Shown: positions 56,258 to 64,000 of the stretch, one piece after another
Position numbering within the stretch: position 1 is the first letter of the stretch
Layout: each line of letters starts with the position of its first letter
From: Octopus vulgaris
Lineage: Eukaryota
Direction: 5' to 3'
DNA: 64,000 nt
Assembly (NCBI GenBank): GCA_951406725.2
Contig: OX597831.1
Coordinates: forward strand, 78,678,001 to 78,742,000
Translations under genes and position numbers: made by a program
The notes under the pieces: model-generated
The model's input: the letters and a program-made list of their open reading frames with translations, nothing else
Database searches by the model: none
Told to the model about the DNA's origin: nothing

Positions 56258-58317
56258 CCTAATTTATTGGCCACACAGGGCTGAAGACAGAGGGTACAAA
56301 CGCAAATGCAGATCTTTTGTTTTCGAAAATGAAAAACAAAAGGGAAAAAATGAGAAAAAAAATTAAAATTCCGATGAAAAGGGATCGGAAAAAAAGGCGA
56401 TCAAAAGGGATCGTGTATCACAGAAGAATTTTAAAAATGTAAAAAGCAAGACTAGGTTTATCCGTGGAAAGAAAAGCCTACGGTAAAGACCACGGTGACC
56501 TCAGGCAGGGATGAAATATACACATGAGAGTAAAGTGATCTCTCGCTCTCCCTTTTTTCGATTTACAGGATGATACTCAAAGTGCTTTCGTCGCTCGCAC
56601 GCACCATCTTTGCTACATTCACCCACCTTTTTTTGAAACTTTCACGAGACAAAACCTGCCTCTTCTTTTTCAAATGATACTTGAAAAAGTTGATGAGCGA
56701 TTGGCCAGAGAGGTGTTTGTCTCTAATCCTTTCGCTCGAGTCCACCACACATATTCTTTCACAATGGCCACCAGTACGATGAAGACTGCCTTGCCTTCCG
56801 TTTGAGGGAAGGTGGCGGGGCAATTGTCACGATAAACTCGGTGGCAACAGTTCGGCATAAGCCCACAGGTCCGAAATGGTTGGACACTGCACAATAGTGC
56901 GCGGAGAACTATTTCGTCGCTCTGACCGCATCTCGGGCAAGTCGGTCCAGTGTCTCTCGAACCGTGTCTGTAGAGCTTATCCCGAACAAGTAATGCTTCT
57001 CGATAGCACTGCCAAGCCAGGGATCTCTGTTGATTGTTCATAGGTCCTGGCCCGTAAGTTGTACTGAACAGGCGGGTCAGGTGTTCCTCGTCGACACCCA
57101 GATTCTACCCGAGCACGTCGTCGCACCTCACCTACACCAATCCTCTATAGAACGCTTTTGTTGTAATGAAGTCGCACAAGCTTGCTCCCAGACGGCAGAG
57201 TTGCTTGAGAGCAGCGCGACACTCGCGGTGCCATTCGCCTAGCCGCGGTCTCTGTTTGATCCACGACTGTAATTCAGCAAAGGAGACGAGCTGCGGGAAA
57301 GAGCTCCGCACAAACGGTGACCAAACCTGTTCACCATCGCGTATGAAGCGCTAGAGATGTCGCACTCTCAGCGCATATCTGCGCTTCATCAATCACGGCA
57401 TGCCTAGCCCTCCATTTAAAGGGTGTTGACAGCAAATGGATCGCCTATCCATCGGAACACTTCCCTTCCACAAGAAGTGGAAGAGTATACGTTCTAGTTT
57501 GGAGATGGTAGGGTCGGGACAAGGCACGACGGTTAGACAGTAATCAATGACGGATGTGTTGTGTACGCGTTGGCCACCTCCGCCCGACCTTTTAGGGATT
57601 GCTTCTTCTCGGCTCGTTGCCGAGTGAGAGTGGCCACCCTAGTCGTTATCTCGCCCCAGTTCTTCTCCGTTTGGAGGTTCGGACCGAACCAGAATACGAG
57701 CAATTTAACCGGACCGTCGGTCCAGCGTCCCACGATGGATGAACTTTCTTCTCCAGGTGCCCAGCCGCAATCCCGCTCACTTTTCCCGGTTAATTTTTTC
57801 TCCCGTTACCGCTTCGCCGAGCAGCTCGATGTGCTTGTGGCTCGTCACTATGACGGTGACGTCGTCCGCGTATGCAGAGACGCTCCTTCCGCATCCCAGC
57901 TCTAGTGGGATGCTCCTCAGCGTCGCCAACTTCCGCAGTAGTGACTCAAGAGTCAATACATACAGAAGCGTTGAGAGGGGTCATCCGTGACGAACCGAAC
58001 GCATGATGTTAAATGGTCTGAATAGATGACCATTTACGCAAACTACCGAGCGGATGCCGCTGTATAAGACAGCGATCCAACCGCGGAAGTTGGGACCGAA
58101 ACCAGCTGAAACCAGTACAGCGTCCAAGTAGTGATTGTCAACCCTATTGAAAGCTTTTGATGGATACAAATTGATCAATGCCCCACCCATGCCAGGTTCC
58201 TTAAATATCCTGTCTATCAGATGGATGTTGTCATGGATACTCCTACCCGGCATGGCGCACGTTTGCGCCTTGTCGACTGACAAGCGCCAAGCTCTCGGCT
58301 AACACCTTGGACGAAAG
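56258..58317 (-). mobile_element. Tx1/L1-like LINE, 5'-truncated and decayed
   Basis: QTCAMPGRSIHDN, SKAFNRVD, SVRHG*PLS, SAYADDVT, C-terminal CPRCGQSDE; 3' end with AATAAA abutting (TATC)n. Confidence 0.85.
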
Positions 58318-58897
58318 TTTCGCTCTACTACACCCCACACATAATAATCAAGGGAGTTGCAGTCTGGCGATGTTAGAGGTGATGTGGTCGCAGACATTGC
58401 ATGACAACCATGATTAGGTTCTCCTCCTGGTGTGGCATGGTGCAGCACCCGCTTGCCAAACTTAGGGTCTTCCAGCAGCCACCCACTCGACCCAGCACAG
58501 CATTACTTCCCGCAGGCACTTGATGCAGCTCTCCGTGTTGAGTGTGAGGCCATGTGGGAAGATGAATGGAGGCATAACGTCGCATTCACTAGTGATAACT
58601 CCAAGCACTGTGATGTTGACTGGACCTTTGATTTTTATCACTTCCGGTACATGTCCTCAGATTGACACCCAAACACTCTGAAGTGTTCGTATTGAAGCTT
58701 CCGGTGCGAATGTCAAGTAGTATAGTATGTCATTTCCAAATTTCTGGCAGAGTGAATTGCATCATGGTGCTGTTTTTCTCACAGACGGTGCCCAACTGAC
58801 CCTACTATACTCTGTAGTCGACAAGATCAAAAACAAACCATTCACTTGGGCGAAATTAAGTTATAAAGATCGGTAACAATTTAGCCATCGCACCCTA
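58318..58897 (-). mobile_element. Internally deleted Tc1/mariner (DD37D/maT-like) transposon remnant
   Basis: Hand translation VLGVITSECDVMPPFIFPHGL..VWQAGAAPCHT..PDCNSLDYYVWG; N-terminal MQFTLPEIWK; TIR-like TA|tAGGGTGCG at 58897. Confidence 0.8.
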
Positions 58898-59296
58898 TAT
58901 ATATATAATATGTACATTTATACGCATATGTGTGTGTGTGTGTGTGTGTGTGTCTTTCTGCATGTGTGTGTTTATGTGTATTTGTATACAAAATATACAT
59001 GTATGTATATATGTATGCAAACACAGGCGCTTTTACACAAGTAATGCCTACCTACAAAGGTGTAGGAATGTCTGTAACTCTGTATCGATGTATTATTGGT
59101 TGTATGTCTGCTTGTGTTTGTGGTGGTACGTGTGTGTGTGTGCATCTGCTTAAGTGCATGCGTGCAGGTGAGCGCGCGTGTGTGAGTGTTTGCAAGGGTA
59201 ATTGACTGTGCAATACCGGAATGATTGGCAAACGTGAAACTCGGGTAGCGAAGCGACAAGGAGGAAGCTTCGGTTTCCGGTAAACTGAAACCCACA

Positions 59297-59361
<65 letters not shown>

Positions 59362-59457
59362 CGGCATACAACCAGACATATACACTCTCACGCGGTGTCA
59401 CTAGCAAAAACATGTGCGCATATGCATACATATCTCTATAATACTGAAATGTAGGTG

Positions 59458-59510
<53 letters not shown>

Positions 59511-59581
59511 ATGTATATACATACATACACACACACATGCTTACCTTCCTGCATTTGTACACACATATACAGGACGACAAA

Positions 59582-59682
<101 letters not shown>

Positions 59683-60042
59683 CATATATACATTTATGGA
59701 TGTGAGAGTGTTTGTGTGTTTGCGTGTGTGCGCACGTGTGTACGCGTTTAACTTCCAGCTATCGGAATCACTGTACTTAGGTCCATTCAACAGCAGTCAG
59801 TTTAAGAACGGTTTAGCTCAGTGAAGTGTTAAATACTGCTTAACCGATTCTTTTCTCTGCAATATGTCGGTTTAATCACGCACGCACACGCACACACACA
59901 GACACACACACACACACATACGGAAACGTGTGCTTGTGTTAGTTATAACTTTGCAAGAATTCTAATATACACGGAAATTCTACGTAGGAACTTCAAAATG
60001 CTCAATGCGTTAGCTAGAGTATACATACATACATACATTCAA

Positions 60043-60098
<56 letters not shown>

Positions 60099-60321
60099 CA
60101 ACGGCAGTGCATCAGCATGGCCGCAGCTCAGAGCTTAAACTAGAGAAAAAAAATATATATATATATGTTTAAATATTGTATTAACAGTTCAATTTCATAG
60201 AAATTCTGTACTCGGTGTTTCAAGTTTCTTCTCATTGAAATTCGTTAAACTTCTGATGGCATGAAATCATCTGTGCTGGGTTTTAATCTTTAATTACGCA
60301 GACGTGGATCTGTAGTAAATA

Positions 60322-60545
60322 TGTTAGTTAGTTAGTTAATTTTTTGGCTCAAAAAGCAAAAAGCAAGGCCATGTAGGGGGACATCGAGTTATGTACAGGG
60401 TGGTGTTCATGTAAAGAGTTCAGGCCACTTGAGGTCAAGGGAGACTTTGAACCGAGCGACCATCGGCATCTTCCCCATCTCGTCTGGCAGCTTATACCAC
60501 GGATCCGCAACCCGGACGGAGAAGCCCCTTTCCATCGATTGAGAT
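60322..60545 (-). mobile_element. 3' fragment of a second CR1-like LINE
   Basis: GFSVRVADPWYKLPDEM..ARFKVSLD C-terminus, short UTR, (TAAC)n tail. Confidence 0.75.
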
Positions 60546-60559
60546 GAAATCGTCGCAGG

Positions 60560-60715
60560 TGAAAAGGTTGGCCATTTTGAAATACAGATATTAATCCTTT
60601 TTGCCAGATGAGTGGACTGGAGCCACGTGGAATAAAGTGTCTTGCTCAAGAACATAATGCGCCGCCTGTAACCATACGATTGTGAGTAGAAGACCCTGAC
60701 TACAAAGTTAGTCGC
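60560..60715 (-). mobile_element. Diverged SINE family C (CORE-like body)
   Basis: Minus ttgagcaagacactttattccacg..ctccagtccactca; similar to 63290-63420. Confidence 0.55.
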
Positions 60716-60805
60716 TTTCATGAATAAATAAATAAATAAATGACTATATTTATTCATTTCAATAAATTAATTTATTCCAATAAAGGTTTTTATTTCCCTT
60801 GTTTT

Positions 60806-60864
<59 letters not shown>

Positions 60865-60886
60865 TACATATGTATATATATGTACA

Positions 60887-60935
<49 letters not shown>

Positions 60936-61027
60936 TAATAAATAAAATATATGCATACATACAAACATAAATGTATGTACCTACATCTACATGTATATAT
61001 ACATGCATATATAAATATATATACGTG

Positions 61028-61310
61028 TGTACAGGACACCACAAATAAACGTAGAACTGAACGAGAAACGAAAACGTAAAAAGAGCATGGAACGGACCAT
61101 TCCTTTAACAACGAAAAAACAGGGTACAGGACAACTACACAAGGAAAAATCCCCTTCATCAGCCGTCCGTAGTTCAACTCCAGCGTGTTTCGAAGGTGAG
61201 GACAGAACACGTCTCATCGAACTAATCCTTCCTGCGAAAGAATTAAATAAAATTCCTTTGCAGAGGGGTAAAAACAAGGAAAAAAAATGTGACAAAAACA
61301 GGACGTAAAA
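61028..61310 (-). mobile_element. ~280-bp element with rearranged hammerhead core motifs
   Basis: Minus CCTTC-GAAACAC..GGACGG-CTGATGA-AGGGG..GTGTA-GTTGTCC; related to 23243-23480. Confidence 0.6.
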
Positions 61311-61522
61311 ACAATACAATTAAAAACGCTTATCCGATTTTTTCTTCTACAAACTATATATATGTGTTTCTGTGAGTGTGTGTATGTGCGTGTGTGCGTG
61401 TGTGTGTGTATTATTCACCACATTTCCGTTACTATATACCGTGTCGCTTTTGTTTTAATTATACAATTGTTTTCATTGAAGTATTGACATTATATATATA
61501 TATATATACTCAGACACTCATA

Positions 61523-61787
<265 letters not shown>

Positions 61788-61832
61788 GTCATACGTACAT
61801 ATACCTACATATTCATATCTACGTATACATAC

Positions 61833-61881
<49 letters not shown>

Positions 61882-62180
61882 TATACATATATATACATAT
61901 ATATATATATACATACATATATATATATAAGTTTCCCTCTTCGCAACTCTTATCGTTTTTCTTATATTTTTCGTTGTTTTATATATATATATATATATAT
62001 ATATTGTAGTTTTTCTTCTTTTCGCTTCCTTCTTTCTTACAACCAACAATTTTATTATTTTAGTTTTTTACTTTTCTCATCATTTTTTTTATTTTTATCT
62101 TTTGTTATAATTTATATAGTTTATGCAATTATTATTGTTTTCTTTTTGATACAGAGACCCAGATGCAGACACATATAGGA

Positions 62181-62222
<42 letters not shown>

Positions 62223-62238
62223 ATGGATATATACATAG

Positions 62239-62295
<57 letters not shown>

Positions 62296-63129
62296 CACGC
62301 ACACAAACATATATTTGAATTCATATATACATATATATTTACATGTATATACATATGCATATATATGTGTGTGTATATATATGTATGTATGTATGTATAT
62401 ATATGTATACATATATATATATATATATATATACATGTATACACACATACATATGTATATATATACACACACATATATATATACATACATACATATTATT
62501 TCGTTGGTGACGAGGTGGAGTTCACGGTATTTTCTTCTTCTTCTCCTTCTTCTTCTTCTTCTTCATGTCCTAACTTCTTTCATGCTTTTTTCTTTTACAA
62601 TCCTCATATTTTGTTGTTTTCCCTCTCTTCCCCTCCTCCCTCTCTCTCTTCTTGATTACTTACTTTTTCCGTTTAAAACCTGCAACAATAACGTACTCAT
62701 CATTATGACTGACCCCACTGAAGCCGGGTTTATATGGCTAAATCAAAACGAGAAGAACATGAATCTCTTTGAAAGCGCAGCGTATAAATGGCTTTCAAGT
62801 GGCAATGTGGGCGAATGATAGGAACCTACTTAACAGATACTTTCGCCGGCAACCGACAAAGAGTCGTTTCGCCGGTTGTTTGAGTTCGTTTGTCGCACTA
62901 TGACTTTTCTATTTTTAAGCTTTTAAATTTCTTAGCGTTTTGAGATTTTGTTCCTCGTTGTTTTTATTGTTGTTTGTTAGAACCTCCTTTATTATCGCAG
63001 CCAAAAAAGTAGGTAGTCTGTCGTAGTATAACTCCACGTCAGTCTTGTTAGAGGAGCAATATGGCTGAACAACTAGAAGCGAGATACAGCTCCAGATCAC
63101 CTTTCTATAATTTTTCTGTGCCTGAATTG

Positions 63130-63420
63130 GCTTTCCGTCGGTTACGACGAAGAGTGTGCCAAGTTCATCCGACCAACAGAACAGCTTACCTGTAAAACTG
63201 ACGCCCTAGAGGCCAAGCACTCCACAAACACGCCTACCCCAAACGTAGTTCTCAGACGGATACAACGTGACACACAATCTGATAAGTCAGGCCATTTTGA
63301 ACTACACGTACGTCACACTTTTGCAAACTGATTGGAGGAAAGGAAAAATAAAGTTTCTTGTCCGGAATCGAACTCACAACCTTACGATAGTGAGCCTTAA
63401 TGCTCTAATCACTAAGCCAA
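63130..63420 (-). mobile_element. SINE family C, diverged
   Basis: tRNA-like head (reverse complement of ggaatcgaactc..ctaatcactaagcca) plus a body shared with 216-306. Confidence 0.7.
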
Positions 63421-63494
63421 ACGATTTCAGAGTTTCCTACAACGAGTCTTTGAACAACTAGTATAATTGCCGTGACCGTCCTGTCATATTTATT

Positions 63495-63908
63495 TATTTC
63501 TTTATTTCCCACAGGGGCTAAACACAGAGGGGACATACAAGGACAGACAAAGGGCTTAAGTCGGTTACATCGACCCCAGTGCGTAACTGGTACTTAATTT
63601 ATCGACCCCGAAAGGATGAAAGGCAAAGCCGACCTCGGAGGAATTTGAACTCAGAACGTAACGGCATCCGTAATACCTATTCCTTTATTACCCACAAGGG
63701 GCTAAACACAGAGGGGACAAACAAGGACAGACAAAGGGCTTAAGTCGGTTACATCGATCCCAGTGCGTAACTGGTACTTAATTTATCGACCCCGAAAGGA
63801 TGAATGGCAAAGCCGACCTCGGAGGAATTTGAACTCAGAACGTAACGGCATCCGTAATACCGCTAAGCATTTCGCCCGACGTGCTAACGATTCTGCCAGC
63901 TCGCCGCC
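63495..63908 (-). mobile_element. SINE family A dimer (full copy plus headless tandem copy)
   Basis: About 185-bp near-identical duplication; possible TATTTATT TSD. Confidence 0.9.
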
Positions 63909-64000
63909 CTATTTATTGCCATGCATTTATTCAACGCTAGGTTATCTAGTTCTGAATAAAACACTATAATTATAAAATATTTGTGATGAAAGTTCAGTGA

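Overview
Repeat-saturated eukaryotic (metazoan) DNA with no host gene that I can support. The SINE families and microsatellite load resemble an octopus/coleoid cephalopod genome (inference from recalled family motifs, not a database result). Almost all listed ORFs are translations of microsatellites. Real coding signal comes only from transposable elements: a near full-length decayed R4/Dong RLE non-LTR element (about 6940-10815), further Dong fragments plus an internally deleted derivative, a young CR1-group LINE (49281-52935, minus), a decayed Tx1/L1-like LINE, a DD37D/maT-like Tc1/mariner remnant, and a Penelope GIY-YIG remnant. Two non-autonomous Helitrons and three tRNA-derived SINE families are also present. 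The most interesting hidden layer is about a dozen hammerhead-ribozyme-like motifs, mostly in short elements embedded in (TA)n/(TG)n. Several show compensatory base changes, and two diverged copies place the three hammerhead strands in a non-circularly permuted order. Also notable are SINE 3' tails matching two different LINEs in the same window, a putative Dong-mobilised non-autonomous family, and fold-back palindromes centred on (TA)n. Coordinates were read by eye and element boundaries may be off by several bases.
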